A stretch of DNA of 64,000 nucleotides from Deltaproteobacteria bacterium (GCA_040218735.1 JAVJQW010000070.1:32001-96000), one strand, 5' to 3'. Counted from the first letter of the stretch, positions 30,555-44,018 are shown. A program made the numbers and translations. Notes: generated from the sequence alone by a model not told the origin.

Positions 30555-30642
30555 CCCTTCTCAGAAAAGCCGAAGGCCTAGCCTTCTCAGAGAAACCGAA
30601 GGCGTAGCCTTCTCAGAGAAGCCGAAGGCGTTAGCCTTCTCC
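30538..30642. repeat. Four tandem 26-27 bp hairpin repeats
   Basis: Units approximate A(A/G)AAGCCGAAGGCGTAGCCTTCTCAG, each with a GAAGGC/GCCTTC inverted repeat. They lie between convergent genes. Confidence 0.9.
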
Positions 30643-30646
30643 CCGC

Positions 30647-31303
30647 TCACGCCGTCTTGCGGCGCACGATCCCCACGATCTCCTCGACCACCTGGCGCTT
30701 CGTCTTCCCCGTGGAGTCGACGATCGCAGCGTCCTCGGCCGGGCGCAGCGGCGCGACCTCGCGGCTCTCGTCGTAGGCGTCCCGACGTCGGATGTCGGCG
30801 AGGACCTCTTCGAAGTCGGCGTCCGAGGATTCGTCGTCCTCGAGGCGGCGGCGTGCGCGCTCCTCCGCGGAGGCGGTGAGGAAGACCTTCACATCGGCGT
30901 CCGGGAACACGACGGTGCCGATGTCGCGCCCTTCGAGCACGGCGCCTTCGGGGTGTGCGCGGGCGAGCGTCCGCTGCATCTGGAGCAGGCCCTCCCGCAC
31001 GGCGCCGATCGCCGAGATGCGGCTGACGGCCTTCGTGACGGCGGCGGTGCGGATGTCGGAGGAGATGTCGCGGTCCCCCAGGTAGACGGTCCGACCCTCG
31101 AAGCGGAGCGCCTCGAGCTCAGGGAGCAGCGCCACCACCTGCCCGTCGTCGTCCCCGACGCCGCGCTCGAGCGCCAGGAGCGTGAGGGCGCGATAGATGG
31201 CCCCGGTGTTCACGCGCGTCAGGCCCAGCGACTGCGCGCACAGCTCGGCGATGGTGCTCTTTCCCGCGCCCGCAGGGCCGTCGATCGCAACGATGATCGG
31301 CAT
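30647..31303 (-). CDS. cmk: Cytidylate kinase
   Basis: IDGPAGAGKST, TGAIYRA, EGRDIGTVVFPDA, RRDAYD. ATG at 31303. Confidence 0.96.
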   Translation of the reverse strand: MPIIVAIDGPAGAGKSTIAELCAQSLGLTRVNTGAIYRALTLLALERGVGDDDGQVVALLPELEALRFEGRTVYLGDRDISSDIRTAAVTKAVSRISAIGAVREGLLQMQRTLARAHPEGAVLEGRDIGTVVFPDADVKVFLTASAEERARRRLEDDESSDADFEEVLADIRRRDAYDESREVAPLRPAEDAAIVDSTGKTKRQVVEEIVGIVRRKTA

Positions 31304-31479
31304 CGCCCGCTCGTTGTCGAACGCGGTGCGCGGGGGATCAAGCGCTTTCGGCCGCGATGCGTCGGGGGTGGCGCCAGGCCTCTGCGCTTCGTTCGTGAGG
31401 CCGTGGGGGATCAACAAGGAGGCGAAGAGACGGGGAGATGCTCCGCGCCCAACCGCCCGTCGATACGCCCACGACGGCG

Positions 31480-33804
<2,325 letters not shown>

Positions 33805-33860
33805 CGGGCGCCTCAGAGCATCGCCAACAGACGGGGCGGACGTCCAGAGCTTGGAACGTC

Positions 33861-35177
33861 CTAAGTGGCCGTTTCGACGTCGGCGCCAAGGGTCCTCAGC
33901 GCGTCGACGAACCCCGGATAGGAGACATCGGCGACCTCGAACCCTTCGATCTCGGTCGTACCGTCGGCTGTGAGCGCGAGGACGGCGGCCGTCATGGCGA
34001 TTCGGTGATCCTGCGAGGCGGGGATCTTCGCGCCCGAGAGGCGCGCAGGGCCGCGGACGACGAAGCCGTCCTCGGTCTCGTCGGCGTCCGCACCGAACGC
34101 GCGCAGGAGCGCCACGGTCTCGGTGAGGCGGTCCGACTCCTTGTGGCGCAGCTCCGCGGCGTCGGCGACCGTCGTCTCCCCCTGGGCCTGCGTGGCGAGC
34201 GCGCCGATGAGCGGGACTTCGTCGATCGCGCGCAGGAGTGTGTCGCCGTCCACGCGTGTCGCGGTGAGGCGGCCCCCGAAGAGGTCGGAGACGCCGACGC
34301 GGGCCGTGGGCTCGAAGCCAACGTCAGCGCTCGGGTCCAGCGCGAGGACCGCGCCCATCTGCACCAGCACGTCGAGGAGCCCGGTGCGGGACGGGTTCAC
34401 GCCGGTGTCGACGAGGAGCTCGGGGCGGTTCGTGAGCACGGCCGCGGTGATGAGGAACGCGGCCGCGGAGAAGTCGGGCGGCACGTCGTAGCGCTCGGCC
34501 GTCCAGGGCTCGCGGACCGGCTCGATGATCGTGGTGTACAGGTCCGGGCGCTCGAGCGTGACGCCGAGCCCTTCGAGGAGGCGTTCGGTGTGGTCGCGCG
34601 ACGGGCGAGGCTCGACGACGGTCGTGGGGCCGTCGGCGAAGGCACCCGCGAGGAGGAGCGCCGACTTGACCTGGGCGCTCGCGATCTCGAGGAGGTGGGT
34701 GTGGCCCGTCAGTCGGGCGCCCTCGATGGTCAGCGGTGCGCGGAGCGGGCCCTCGTTCGAGTGCAGGCGCGCGCCCATCGTTTCGAGGGGGCGGAGGCGT
34801 TCCATCGGGCGGCGTCGCAGGGAGGCGTCGCCGTCGAGGGTGAAACGGCCGTCGGCGCCGGCGAGGACACCGGCGAGGATGCGGAGCGTGGTGCCGCTGT
34901 TGGCGCAGTCGATCGCTGCGTTGGGTGGCTTCAGGCCGCGTGGGTGTGCGACGCCGTGGACACGAACGCCGTCCGGCGCCTCGTGCAGCTCGACACCGAG
35001 CGCCGCGAGCGCCCGGAGCGTCGCGAGGTTGTCGGCGCCGAGGATGGGGGCGGCGACGAAGGACTCCCCGCCGCCGAGGGCGGCGAAGATCAGGGCGCGG
35101 TGCAGGATCGATTTATCGGGCGGGAGCTGTGCAGTGCCCGAGAGGCGGGCGGGCCCGCGGACGATGAGGGTGGTCAC
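33861..35177 (-). CDS. aroA: 3-phosphoshikimate 1-carboxyvinyltransferase (EPSP synthase)
   Basis: DKSILHRA, NSGTT, RRPM, SAQVKSA, RDHTE, ELRHKESDR, DHRIAM. Confidence 0.95.
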   Translation of the reverse strand: MTTLIVRGPARLSGTAQLPPDKSILHRALIFAALGGGESFVAAPILGADNLATLRALAALGVELHEAPDGVRVHGVAHPRGLKPPNAAIDCANSGTTLRILAGVLAGADGRFTLDGDASLRRRPMERLRPLETMGARLHSNEGPLRAPLTIEGARLTGHTHLLEIASAQVKSALLLAGAFADGPTTVVEPRPSRDHTERLLEGLGVTLERPDLYTTIIEPVREPWTAERYDVPPDFSAAAFLITAAVLTNRPELLVDTGVNPSRTGLLDVLVQMGAVLALDPSADVGFEPTARVGVSDLFGGRLTATRVDGDTLLRAIDEVPLIGALATQAQGETTVADAAELRHKESDRLTETVALLRAFGADADETEDGFVVRGPARLSGAKIPASQDHRIAMTAAVLALTADGTTEIEGFEVADVSYPGFVDALRTLGADVETAT

Positions 35178-35668
35178 TGGAGCATGTGGTCGAAGTCGCC
35201 ACCGAACTCTTTTTTGTCCGGGATGGTGAACTTGAAGTCGCGGCGTTCACCGGCGTCGAGCAGGCCGCCGAGTCGGGCGACGTTCTCGATGTGGGAGCCG
35301 ATGACCTTGCCGTCGGCGTCCTTCGGGTAGACGTGGACGAAGACGCGATCGAGGGCTTGGTCGCCGTCGTTGACGATGCTGCCTCGGACCTCGAGGAGGC
35401 CGGGGACGGGCTCGTCGCGATCCGGCTTCATGTTGGGGCCGATCTCGAGGCTCTCCACGCGGACGTTCGCCTTGATATAGGCGCGGCGCTCTTCCTCGGT
35501 CATCTTGACGACGGCGGTGCCGGCGTCGACCTGCACGAACTGCTGCGGGACCTTCTTCTTGGCGTCGGTGACGTCGCGCCCGCGGAAGTAGGCGTACGCG
35601 AGGAGCATGCCGGCGACGACGAAGACGAGCACGATGACGGTCCCGGACCGTCCGCCCTTCTCTGCCAT
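35174..35668 (-). CDS. Single-TM protein with periplasmic beta-sandwich (FxLYD-like)
   Basis: N-terminal TM, then VRGSIVNDGD...V.VY.KDADGKVIG...L.AGERRDFKF. Stop overlaps the aroA start. Confidence 0.6.
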   Translation of the reverse strand: MAEKGGRSGTVIVLVFVVAGMLLAYAYFRGRDVTDAKKKVPQQFVQVDAGTAVVKMTEEERRAYIKANVRVESLEIGPNMKPDRDEPVPGLLEVRGSIVNDGDQALDRVFVHVYPKDADGKVIGSHIENVARLGGLLDAGERRDFKFTIPDKKEFGGDFDHMLQ

Positions 35669-35699
35669 GCGGGGAGCGTCTGGTGCGTGTCGACCCGAG

Positions 35700-36899
35700 T
35701 CAAGCGAGCAGCTCTTCGAGCAGCTCCGCGGCGACGAGGTTCTGCGCGCGCGAGCCGACCGTCATGCGGATCGTCTCGGGGAGGTCATAGCCGCGCATGT
35801 CGCGCACGAGGACCCCGCGCTTCTTCATCGCCTCCACGAGGGGAGCGGCGGCGCGACCGAGCTTCACGAGGAGGAAGTTGGCCTGGCTCGGGACGACCTC
35901 CAGGCCGAGCGCCGTGAAGCGCTCGGTGAGGAGGGTCATGCCCTCCCGAACGAGGCGTTGGCTGGTTCGCAGGTGCGCGTCGTCCTTCAGCGCCGCGAGC
36001 GCGGCTGCTTGCGCGACGGTGCTCGTGTTGTAGGGCTGGCGGACGCAGTCCATGAACCGAACGAGCGAGGGGTCCATCACGCCGTAGCCGATGCGGAGGC
36101 CAGCGAGACCGAACGCCTTCGAGAAGGTGCGGAGCACGACGAGGCGGGGGTGCGCGCGGAAGTCACGGACGCCGTCGGGGTAGTCTTCGGCGACGGCGTA
36201 CTCGTGGTAGGCCTCGTCGAGCACGACGATCACGGAGCGCGGGATGCGATCGAGGAACGCCGCGAGTTGGCGACGCGGGACGTAGGTCCCCGTGGGGTTG
36301 TTCGGGTTGGCAATGAAGACGATCTTCGTGCGCTGATCGACGAGGGCGGCGAGCGCGGAGAGGTCGTAGCGATCGTCGCGTAGCGGAGCGATGAGGATCT
36401 CGCGGCCCGCCGCCTGCGTCACGAGTCGATAAACGACGAAGGACGGCCACGCGGTGACGACCGTCTCTCCCCGGCCGACGAAGGTGCGTACGAGCAGCTC
36501 GATGATCTCGTTGCTGCCATTGCCGACGGCGATGTGGTCGGGGCTGACGCCGTGCCGCTCCGCGAGCGCTTCGCGCAGCGCGATGCTCCCGCCGTCCGGA
36601 TAGAGGTTCACCTCTTCGAGGGCCGCCTTCGCGCCCTCGATCCCGAGCTTGCTGGGGCCGATGACGTTTTCGTTGGCCGCGAGGAGGCAGAGGTCCTGCT
36701 CCGGCACCTGCAGCTCCTTCGCGAGGAGCCGCCACGGGCGACCGGGGGTGTACGGCGTCATCGACGCGATCTGCGGCGGCACGAGCGTCGACGCGGAGAG
36801 CCCGGCCAGCGAACGCGCCGCTTCGGCGATCGCGCGCGCGGCCTCGGCCTCCGTCACGGCGGGCGCGGAGCGCTCCGAGGGGCTCTTGGGATCCGTCAC
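35700..36899 (-). CDS. hisC: Histidinol-phosphate aminotransferase
   Basis: [46 protein letters not shown]. Confidence 0.93.
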   Translation of the reverse strand: MTDPKSPSERSAPAVTEAEAARAIAEAARSLAGLSASTLVPPQIASMTPYTPGRPWRLLAKELQVPEQDLCLLAANENVIGPSKLGIEGAKAALEEVNLYPDGGSIALREALAERHGVSPDHIAVGNGSNEIIELLVRTFVGRGETVVTAWPSFVVYRLVTQAAGREILIAPLRDDRYDLSALAALVDQRTKIVFIANPNNPTGTYVPRRQLAAFLDRIPRSVIVVLDEAYHEYAVAEDYPDGVRDFRAHPRLVVLRTFSKAFGLAGLRIGYGVMDPSLVRFMDCVRQPYNTSTVAQAAALAALKDDAHLRTSQRLVREGMTLLTERFTALGLEVVPSQANFLLVKLGRAAAPLVEAMKKRGVLVRDMRGYDLPETIRMTVGSRAQNLVAAELLEELLA

Positions 36900-38725
36900 G
36901 CGCGCTTCCCTCGCGCGCTGGTCGTGGAGCGCCGGGCGCGCGTGGATTTCTTTGCGGCCGCCTTCTTGGGCGCGGATTTCTTTGCGGCCGCCTTCTTGGG
37001 CGCGGATTTCTTTGCGGCCGCCTTCTTGGGCGCGGATTTCTTTGCGGCCGCCTTCTTGGGCGCGGAGTTCTTTGCGGCCGCCTTCTTCGTTGCGGATTTC
37101 TTTGCGCCCGCCTTCTTGGCTGCGGATTTCCTTGCGGTCGACTTCGTCACTGCGGATTTCTTTGCGCCCGCCTTCTTGGCTGCGGATTTCCTTGCGGTCG
37201 ACTTCGTCGCTGCGGATTTCTTTGCGCCCGGCTTCTTCACTGCGGATTCCCTCGCCGCCGGCTTCTTCGCTGCGGACTTCGTCGCTGCGACCTTCGTCGC
37301 TGCGACCTTCGTCGCTACGGACTTCTTTGCGGCTGCCTTCTTCGCTTCGGATTTCCTTGCGCCCGCCCTCTTCACTGCGGACTTCCTTGCGCCCGCCCTC
37401 TTCACTGCGGACTTCTTTGCGCCCGCCGCGCTCTCCGAGCTCACCGCGTCGCGCTCCCCCGCTGGCGCCGACGAAGAAGCGTCGGCCGGCGCGTTGCGGT
37501 CACTTTCGACGAGGTCCTCGACGCCGGTCGGGTGGGGCTCGGCCGGGGCGACCGGGAGCGTGCCCTCGGCGGCGAGGGCGCCCTCCTCCATGGCCTCCGG
37601 GGCGGGGCTGTCGGGATGCACCGGCTCCGCAGCCACACGCTCCGCACGTCGGGATCGCTCGGGGGCGGTCGACTTGCCCAAGGTGCTCGGCGGTGCGACC
37701 GGCACGCCCAGCGCGCCGAGGCGTCGGAACTTCTCGTAGCGGTCCTCGATCAACGCCGCGGGCTTCATGCGGCCGAGCTGTACGAGCTGCTTCGAGACCG
37801 CGGCGCCGAGGCGCTGCGCCGCCAGCGGCACGTCGCGATGGCCGCCGCCGACGGGCTCCGTGATCACGTCATCCACGACGCCCAACTCGACGAGATCCGG
37901 CGCCGTGAGTCGAAGCGCATCCGCGGCGCGCTCCGCGTAGGCCGCGTCCTTGAAGAGAATCGACGCGCACCCCTCGGGCGAGATCACCGAGTAGATGCCG
38001 TACTCCATCATCAGCACCCGATTTGCGACGCCGATGGCCAGCGCACCGCCGCTGCCGCCCTCGCCGATCACGACGGTGACCACCGGCACCGAGAGCGCCG
38101 CCATCCCCTCGAGCGCCTCGGCGATGGCTTGGGCCTGTCCGCGCTCTTCGGCGCCAATCCCAGGGTACGCGCCGGGGGTGTCGATCAACGTCACGATCGG
38201 CAGCCCGAACCGCTCCGCCACCCGCATCAGACGCAGCGCCTTGCGGTAGCCCTCCGGTCGCGGCATCCCGAAGTTACGCGTCAGGTTCTCCTTGGTGCTG
38301 CGCCCCTTTTGGTGGCCGATCACCATCACCGAACGCCCGTCGAGGCGCGCGAGGCCACCGACAATCGACCGGTCGTCCGCGAACCCGCGGTCGCCGTGCA
38401 GCTCGACGAAGTTCGAGAACGCGTGGCTCAGGTAGTCGAGCGTGTAAGGTCGCGACGGGTGCCGCGCGAGCTGTACGATCTGCCAGCGCGACAGCTTCGA
38501 GAAGATCTCCTGCCGCAGGGATCGCGCGCGATCTTCGAGCGCCGACAGCTGGCGTTCGAAATCCGGGCCCTTCTTCTTTCGCTTCGTCTTCTTCCGCGGC
38601 TTCTTGTCCAGCCCGGTGTCGACGATGTTGGCCAGGCTGTCCCGACCGGCCGCCTGCCGGCGAAGCTCGTCGATCTGTCGCTCGAGCTCGAGGACGGGTC
38701 GCTCGAAGTCCAGTTCCCGCGTCAC
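36896..38725 (-). CDS. accA: Acetyl-CoA carboxylase carboxyltransferase alpha with long C-terminal Lys/Ala-rich extension
   Basis: [63 protein letters not shown]. The core ends near YEKFRRLG and is followed by roughly 270 extra residues. Confidence 0.93.
   Translation of the reverse strand: MTRELDFERPVLELERQIDELRRQAAGRDSLANIVDTGLDKKPRKKTKRKKKGPDFERQLSALEDRARSLRQEIFSKLSRWQIVQLARHPSRPYTLDYLSHAFSNFVELHGDRGFADDRSIVGGLARLDGRSVMVIGHQKGRSTKENLTRNFGMPRPEGYRKALRLMRVAERFGLPIVTLIDTPGAYPGIGAEERGQAQAIAEALEGMAALSVPVVTVVIGEGGSGGALAIGVANRVLMMEYGIYSVISPEGCASILFKDAAYAERAADALRLTAPDLVELGVVDDVITEPVGGGHRDVPLAAQRLGAAVSKQLVQLGRMKPAALIEDRYEKFRRLGALGVPVAPPSTLGKSTAPERSRRAERVAAEPVHPDSPAPEAMEEGALAAEGTLPVAPAEPHPTGVEDLVESDRNAPADASSSAPAGERDAVSSESAAGAKKSAVKRAGARKSAVKRAGARKSEAKKAAAKKSVATKVAATKVAATKSAAKKPAARESAVKKPGAKKSAATKSTARKSAAKKAGAKKSAVTKSTARKSAAKKAGAKKSATKKAAAKNSAPKKAAAKKSAPKKAAAKKSAPKKAAAKKSAPKKAAAKKSTRARRSTTSARGKRA
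36944..37425 (-). repeat. Coding tandem repeats (30-bp and 60-bp units) encoding [10 protein letters not shown]/KKSAxxK
   Basis: About 5 copies of GGATTTCTTTGCGGCCGCCTTCTTGGGCGC (36944-37087), then a near-identical 60-bp duplication (37091-37210). Confidence 0.9.
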
Positions 38726-38781
38726 GGCCGGGGACTACACCACGCGTACCGGTGCCGGAGAAGAACGAAATTCGAAGCGCC

Positions 38782-39702
38782 TCAGCTCCGCCAGCGCTCC
38801 ACGAGCTGCGCCACCAACGCATCCGGGCCGGCTTCTGCGTCGACCCACCACACGTCCGGCTCCTTGTTGAACCAGTTCTTCTGACGCTTCGCGTACTGCC
38901 GGGTCTCGATCGTGGTCCGTTCGACCGCCTCCGCGTGCGTCATTCGGCCCGCCAGGACCGCGACGGCGTCCCGATACCCGATGATCGACAGCCCCGGCGC
39001 GTCCGGCGCGATCCCCGCATCCAGAGCCGTCTTTGTCTCCTCCAGGATCCCCTCCGCGAACATCCGCTCCGTGCGCTCGGCGATCCGGGACCACAACGTC
39101 TCTTTCGGCCACGCCGGCGCAACCCCGACCAGCCGGTGTCGCTCCTCCGCGAACCGGTGAGCCTCCTGAAACTGAGAGATGGGTCGCCCGGTCTGCCGAA
39201 ACACCTCGAGCGCCCGTCCGATCCGCTGCGGGTCCTTCGATTCGATCCGCGACGCCGCCAGCGGATCCACACGCCGCAGCTCCTCGTGCATGACCTCACT
39301 CCCGCGTTCGGCGAGCTCTTCGCGCACCTTCTCGCGAACCTCCGGATCGATCGCGGGCGCTTCGAAGATGCCTCGCGCCAACGCACGCATCCACAACCCC
39401 GTCCCGCCGCAGAGGATCGGCACCCGCCCCCGTCCGCGAATGTCTGCGATCGCCTCGTCCGCCGCCCGCGCGAAGTCGGCGGCCGTCCACTGCTGGTCGG
39501 GGGGCAGCACGTCGATCAGGTGATGCGGCGCGGCCGCCTGCTCCGCCGGCGTGGGCTTGGCGGTTCCGACGTCCAGCCCGATGAAGATCGCCGCCGAGTC
39601 GCAGCTCACGATCTCCCCGTCGAGCTGGGCGGCGACGCGGATCGCGAGCGCGGTCTTCCCGGAGCACGTCTGCCCCATCACGGCGATGAGCGGTTCGGTC
39701 AC
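38782..39702 (-). CDS. miaA: tRNA dimethylallyltransferase
   Basis: GQTCSGKT, SCDS, GLDVGTAKP, PHHLID, GGTGLW, RALEV, TRQYAKRQ. GTG start overlaps the mutL stop. Confidence 0.95.
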   Translation of the reverse strand: MTEPLIAVMGQTCSGKTALAIRVAAQLDGEIVSCDSAAIFIGLDVGTAKPTPAEQAAAPHHLIDVLPPDQQWTAADFARAADEAIADIRGRGRVPILCGGTGLWMRALARGIFEAPAIDPEVREKVREELAERGSEVMHEELRRVDPLAASRIESKDPQRIGRALEVFRQTGRPISQFQEAHRFAEERHRLVGVAPAWPKETLWSRIAERTERMFAEGILEETKTALDAGIAPDAPGLSIIGYRDAVAVLAGRMTHAEAVERTTIETRQYAKRQKNWFNKEPDVWWVDAEAGPDALVAQLVERWRS

Positions 39703-41933
39703 GAGCGGTGGAACATCTTCGCGAGGGTCGAAGCCTCGAAGTCCACGAACACCGGACGTCCGTGCGGGCAGTGCGCCCCGAAGTCGATCGTATCCATCTG
39801 AACGAGCAACGCCTTGATCTCCGGGTTCGTGAGGCGGTCCCCTGCGCGCACCACGGTGTGACACGCGGCGCACGACAGCAGCGCCTCGACGCGCTCCTCG
39901 TAGGGCGTCGTCTGATCGACCTCCTTCAGCTCGTCGAGGAGGTCCAACACGAGCGACTCCAACTTCACCGTCCCGAGCGCCACCGGACACGACTTCACCA
40001 CCCAGGTCGCGCCCCCGAAGGGTTCGAGTTGGACGCCCAGCTCCGCGAGCCGCTCCCCCTCCGTCTCCGCGATCGCCGCGCGCGCGGGATCGAGCTCGAT
40101 CGACAGCGGCACGAGCAGCGGCTGCACCTGCAGCGCCTTCGCCTTGCGCTGCGTTCGCATCCGCTCGAACGCGATGCGCTCGTGCGCCGCGTGTTGATCG
40201 ATGATGACCATACGGTCGGGCCCCTGGCACACGAGGTACGTCGACAACACCTGCCCCACCGGCTCCAACGCCCCGAAGTGCACGCGCCGATCGGGCGTAC
40301 CGTCGAACGCAAACGCGTCGCTCATCGACGGGGGACGCAGCTCCGGCCGCGGTCCGCTCCGCTGCCCGAACGCTCGCGCGAGCCGCGCGCCGTGCGCGCC
40401 GCCGTAACCGGAGGCGCCGTCGCGGCCGAACGATGCCCCCCCGGCCGGCCCGCCCGTCGACCGTCCGTCCGCGCCGCCGCGCGACGGATCGTGGAAGCCG
40501 CGTGCGCCGGCACCGCGACCCGAGGGCGGCGCGCCGCGCCCCCACGCTCCGGCCGCGGCCGGATCCGCGTACGCCGAATCCGTCGGGCGCGCGCCGACAT
40601 CCGAACCGTAGGCTTGGTCTGCGCTGGCCCCGGCGGCGCCTCCGGCGCTCGACCCGTGCGCGAAATCTGAGGGGCTTCGCGAGCCCGAACCCGAACCCGA
40701 ACCCGAACCCGAGACCGAGACCGAACCCGAGACCGAGACCGAGGCCGAATCCGATCCCGAATCCGATCCCGAATCCGGTCCCGAATCCGATCCCGAATCC
40801 GATCCCGAGACCGAACCCGAGACCGAGGCCGAATCCGAACCCGAGACCGAACCCGAACCCGAGACCGACGCCGCATCCGATCCCACGCCCACCCGCGCAC
40901 CGCCACCGTAGCGCCCCGCCTCCAACCACGGCTGCGCCGTCAGCGTCCGCCTCAGCGTCCCGCTCACTGCGCGGTGGACGTCGCTCGTCCGCGCGAAGCG
41001 GACCTCGGTCTTCTGCGGGTGTACGTTCACGTCGAGGGCCTCGGGATCGAGGTCGATGTACAGCACCACCACCGGGTGGCGCCCGCGCTCCATGATCGTT
41101 CGGTAGGCGTCGGTGATTGCGTGCTGGATCGTCCGGTCGCGGACGAAGCGTCCGTTCACGAACGTGTAGATCCCGCGCGCCGTGCGCTCGGAGTGCTCCG
41201 GCGACGACACGAATCCCGTCACGCGGATCGCCCAGTCCATGCCGTCGTCGGGGATGGCGTAGAGGTGGTCACCCGCGCGCTTGCCGAGGATGCGTCGCAC
41301 GCGGCCGATCGGATCGCTCGGCGCCTCCGGGGGGATGTCGAGCACCACGCGTCCGCCGTGGGTCAGCGTGAACGCTCGGTCTCGGCGGGCCAGCGACAGG
41401 CGGACCAACGCGTCGGTGATGTGACTCATCTCCGTCGCCGGCCGCTTCAGGAACTTCCGCCGCGCGGGGACGTTGTAGAAGAGGTCACACACGTCGATCG
41501 ACGTGCCCTCCGCCGCCCCCGCCTCGACCACCGTCTGCAGGTGCCCGCCCTCGACGAACAGCTCCGTCCCCACGTCTTCGCCGCGTGCTCGCGTCACCAT
41601 CGTGAAGCGACTCACCGACGCGATCGACGGGATCGCCTCCCCCCGAAACCCGAGCGTCCGCACCGTGGTCAGGTCGTCGGCCGTCCGTATCTTCGAGGTC
41701 GCGTGCCGCTCCAGGCACAGCCGCGCGTCGGCCTCGTTCATCCCGTGACCGTCATCGACGACGCGGATCCGCTCCACCCCGCCCGCCTCGACCTCCACGC
41801 GCACCCGCTGTGCGTCGGCATCGAGCGCGTTCTCGACGAGCTCCTTCACCACCGACGCCGGCCGCTCCACGACCTCGCCGGCCGCGATCTGGTTCGCCAC
41901 CGCCTCCGGCAACCTGACGACACGACCGCTCAT
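39699..41933 (-). CDS. mutL: DNA mismatch repair endonuclease MutL
   Basis: [65 protein letters not shown]. Confidence 0.97.
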   Translation of the reverse strand: MSGRVVRLPEAVANQIAAGEVVERPASVVKELVENALDADAQRVRVEVEAGGVERIRVVDDGHGMNEADARLCLERHATSKIRTADDLTTVRTLGFRGEAIPSIASVSRFTMVTRARGEDVGTELFVEGGHLQTVVEAGAAEGTSIDVCDLFYNVPARRKFLKRPATEMSHITDALVRLSLARRDRAFTLTHGGRVVLDIPPEAPSDPIGRVRRILGKRAGDHLYAIPDDGMDWAIRVTGFVSSPEHSERTARGIYTFVNGRFVRDRTIQHAITDAYRTIMERGRHPVVVLYIDLDPEALDVNVHPQKTEVRFARTSDVHRAVSGTLRRTLTAQPWLEAGRYGGGARVGVGSDAASVSGSGSVSGSDSASVSGSVSGSDSGSDSGPDSGSDSGSDSASVSVSGSVSVSGSGSGSGSGSRSPSDFAHGSSAGGAAGASADQAYGSDVGARPTDSAYADPAAAGAWGRGAPPSGRGAGARGFHDPSRGGADGRSTGGPAGGASFGRDGASGYGGAHGARLARAFGQRSGPRPELRPPSMSDAFAFDGTPDRRVHFGALEPVGQVLSTYLVCQGPDRMVIIDQHAAHERIAFERMRTQRKAKALQVQPLLVPLSIELDPARAAIAETEGERLAELGVQLEPFGGATWVVKSCPVALGTVKLESLVLDLLDELKEVDQTTPYEERVEALLSCAACHTVVRAGDRLTNPEIKALLVQMDTIDFGAHCPHGRPVFVDFEASTLAKMFHRS
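40683..40868 (-). repeat. Hexamer microsatellite in the mutL linker (Ser-Gly/Ser-Val/Ser-Asp)
   Basis: Runs of CCCGAA/ACCGAG/TCCGAT on the + strand encode [11 protein letters not shown]... Confidence 0.88.
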
Positions 41934-41990
41934 TCGGGCGCGGAGCATAACAGACGACCCCACCGGCGCCTCGTGCTACGCCCCTTCGTC

Positions 41991-42755
41991 ATGGGACCGA
42001 CCTGGGTGCTCGGCGATCCCCACGCCGGCCACGACGCCGAAGCCGACGCCGCGCTCCTCGAGCTTCTCCATCGCGCCGCCGAACACGCCGTGGACCTCGT
42101 CGTCATGGGCGATCTCTTCGTCGCCTGGATCGCGCGCCCGCGCTTCTTCACGCCCCTCCAGGCGAACGTCGTCGCCGCCCTCGAATCGGTCCGGAACCGC
42201 GGCGGCCGCGTGCGCTTCGTCGTCGGCAACCGCGACTACCTCGTCGACGGGCTCCTCGGCTCTGCCTTCGACGCCGTCTACGCCGACGAAGTGCTCGTCG
42301 ACGTCGGCGGCGCCAAGACGCTCCTGCTGCACGGTGACGGCCTCGACCCCGAAGACCGCCCGTACCGAGCCTGGCGCGCCTTCTCGCGCAGCGCCCCCGC
42401 CCGCGCGCTCCTCGAAGCCCTCCCCGGCGCCGTCGGCCGCCAGCTCGCGGAGCGCACCGAGCGCGGCCTCCGCGACGTCAATACGCAGTACAAGACCGGT
42501 CCGCTCCCCGTCCGCGCGCTCCAGGCCGTCAGCCGCCGCGCCGCCCGCGCCGGCGCCGCCCGCGCGATCGTCGGGCACTTCCACGACGACGCGACGATCA
42601 CGGCCGACGACGGCGTCCCCGTCCACGTCGCCCCGGGCTGGTTCGAGCGCCGCGTCGTCCTCGAAGCGACCCCCGACGCGCTCCGCGCGGTCGCTGGCGG
42701 TCCGAGCGCGTCGAGGTCCGAAGATGTACCGACCGGCACTCAGGGTTCCGATTGA
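41991..42755 (+). CDS. lpxH: UDP-2,3-diacylglucosamine diphosphatase (LpxH-like metallophosphoesterase)
   Basis: GDPH, MGDLF, GNRDY, LHGD, GHFH motifs. The GNRD motif is typical of LpxH. Confidence 0.75.
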   Translation: MGPTWVLGDPHAGHDAEADAALLELLHRAAEHAVDLVVMGDLFVAWIARPRFFTPLQANVVAALESVRNRGGRVRFVVGNRDYLVDGLLGSAFDAVYADEVLVDVGGAKTLLLHGDGLDPEDRPYRAWRAFSRSAPARALLEALPGAVGRQLAERTERGLRDVNTQYKTGPLPVRALQAVSRRAARAGAARAIVGHFHDDATITADDGVPVHVAPGWFERRVVLEATPDALRAVAGGPSASRSEDVPTGTQGSD

Positions 42756-42791
42756 CCGGACCGAAGGCGTTCGACTAACGCTCCAGGTCGC

Positions 42792-44018
42792 ATGAATCGG
42801 CACGTTCTCTCCCTCGCCTTCGGGAGCGCCCTCCTCACCGTCGCCTGCAGCGGCGGCAGCTCGGACGACGACGACACCACCAAACCTGGCCTCTGCCTCG
42901 ACGTCAGCGGATCCACCGACGTCGGCGGCCTCGCGATCCGCAACCCGGAGTCCGAGGTCGCGGGGTGCCGCGGCGTGGACGGCAGCAGCGCCGAGGTCCG
43001 CATCTGCGAGGAGAAGGCACCCGACCTCTCCTGCGTCGACATGAGCGAGCCCCTCGGCACGTCCGTCGACGTGACGTTCACGGGCTGCGTCAGCTCGTTC
43101 GGCCTCGACGCCCAGTCCGACGGCCTCGTGGTGACGATCCTCGAGGAGAGCGTCGCCGGCATCGCGACCGATCCCGGGTACAACTACGCCGGTACCCCGG
43201 CGATGGGACAAAACGCCGAGAAGACCTCCAGCGCGTTCCTCGGGCAGGTCATCTCCCAGAGCGTGCCCGCCTCGACGTGCATCGACGGCGGCAGCTTCTC
43301 CGTCGCGGACATCCCCACGGAGCGCCCGCTGATCGTCCGCGTGACGGATCAAAACCAAGACATCGCGGATCGGCAGTACGTCGACACGTATCAGTACAAC
43401 GTGATCCTCAGGAACTCCGCCGTGCGCGACGCGACGACGATGGAGCTGCTGACGGACACGTCGAGCTGCTCACCGACCACCTGCATCGTGCAGGACGACG
43501 TGAACACCGTCTTCGAGACGACGTTCACCACCATCGCCCTCACCGCGGGTGTGTCGAACATCGACGGCGACGACGACCTCTACGACGGCGTCGGCCAGGG
43601 GCACGTCGCCGGAGAGATCCAGGACTGCACGTCCGAAGACACCATGAAGAACGCGGTGGTGGCGCTCTCCTCGAACGTGAAGAAGCTCGCCTACTTCAAC
43701 GTCGACTTCCCGCCCGCCGTCGCGAACCTCGAGGACCCCAAGGTCGACCAGACCCGCAACCGCACCAACGCCGACGGTCTGTACGCAGCCATCGCGGTCG
43801 ACACGCAGGACGGCGGCGAAGCGATCACCATCGGCGCGGCGATCACCACGGACGTCTGCGGCGCCGACGGTGAGTGCCGGTGCAACGACGACGGGACGCT
43901 CAACGAAGCGAACACTATCGAGCCGACGATTCAACAGCTCGGCACCCGGGAGATCTACGTCTACCCGGACTCGATCACGATCCTGACGTTCGACCGGGCG
44001 CTCTACACCGCACCCTGA
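42792..44018 (+). CDS. Acidic Cys-containing lipoprotein
   Basis: Lipobox LLTVAC; Asp/Thr-rich with beta-rich composition. Confidence 0.7.
   Translation: MNRHVLSLAFGSALLTVACSGGSSDDDDTTKPGLCLDVSGSTDVGGLAIRNPESEVAGCRGVDGSSAEVRICEEKAPDLSCVDMSEPLGTSVDVTFTGCVSSFGLDAQSDGLVVTILEESVAGIATDPGYNYAGTPAMGQNAEKTSSAFLGQVISQSVPASTCIDGGSFSVADIPTERPLIVRVTDQNQDIADRQYVDTYQYNVILRNSAVRDATTMELLTDTSSCSPTTCIVQDDVNTVFETTFTTIALTAGVSNIDGDDDLYDGVGQGHVAGEIQDCTSEDTMKNAVVALSSNVKKLAYFNVDFPPAVANLEDPKVDQTRNRTNADGLYAAIAVDTQDGGEAITIGAAITTDVCGADGECRCNDDGTLNEANTIEPTIQQLGTREIYVYPDSITILTFDRALYTAP

Noticed and set aside
30538-30642. Possible mini-CRISPR array
   Set aside because: The units are directly adjacent with no unique spacers, and there are no cas genes in the window.
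36944-37425. Repeat array as CRISPR or non-coding element
   Set aside because: Unit lengths are multiples of 3, lie in frame within accA, and have no spacers.
39703-40929. N-terminal extension of the 715-aa miaA ORF containing GLGFG repeats
   Set aside because: An alternative frame of mutL and its hexamer repeat. miaA homology begins at GTG 39702.
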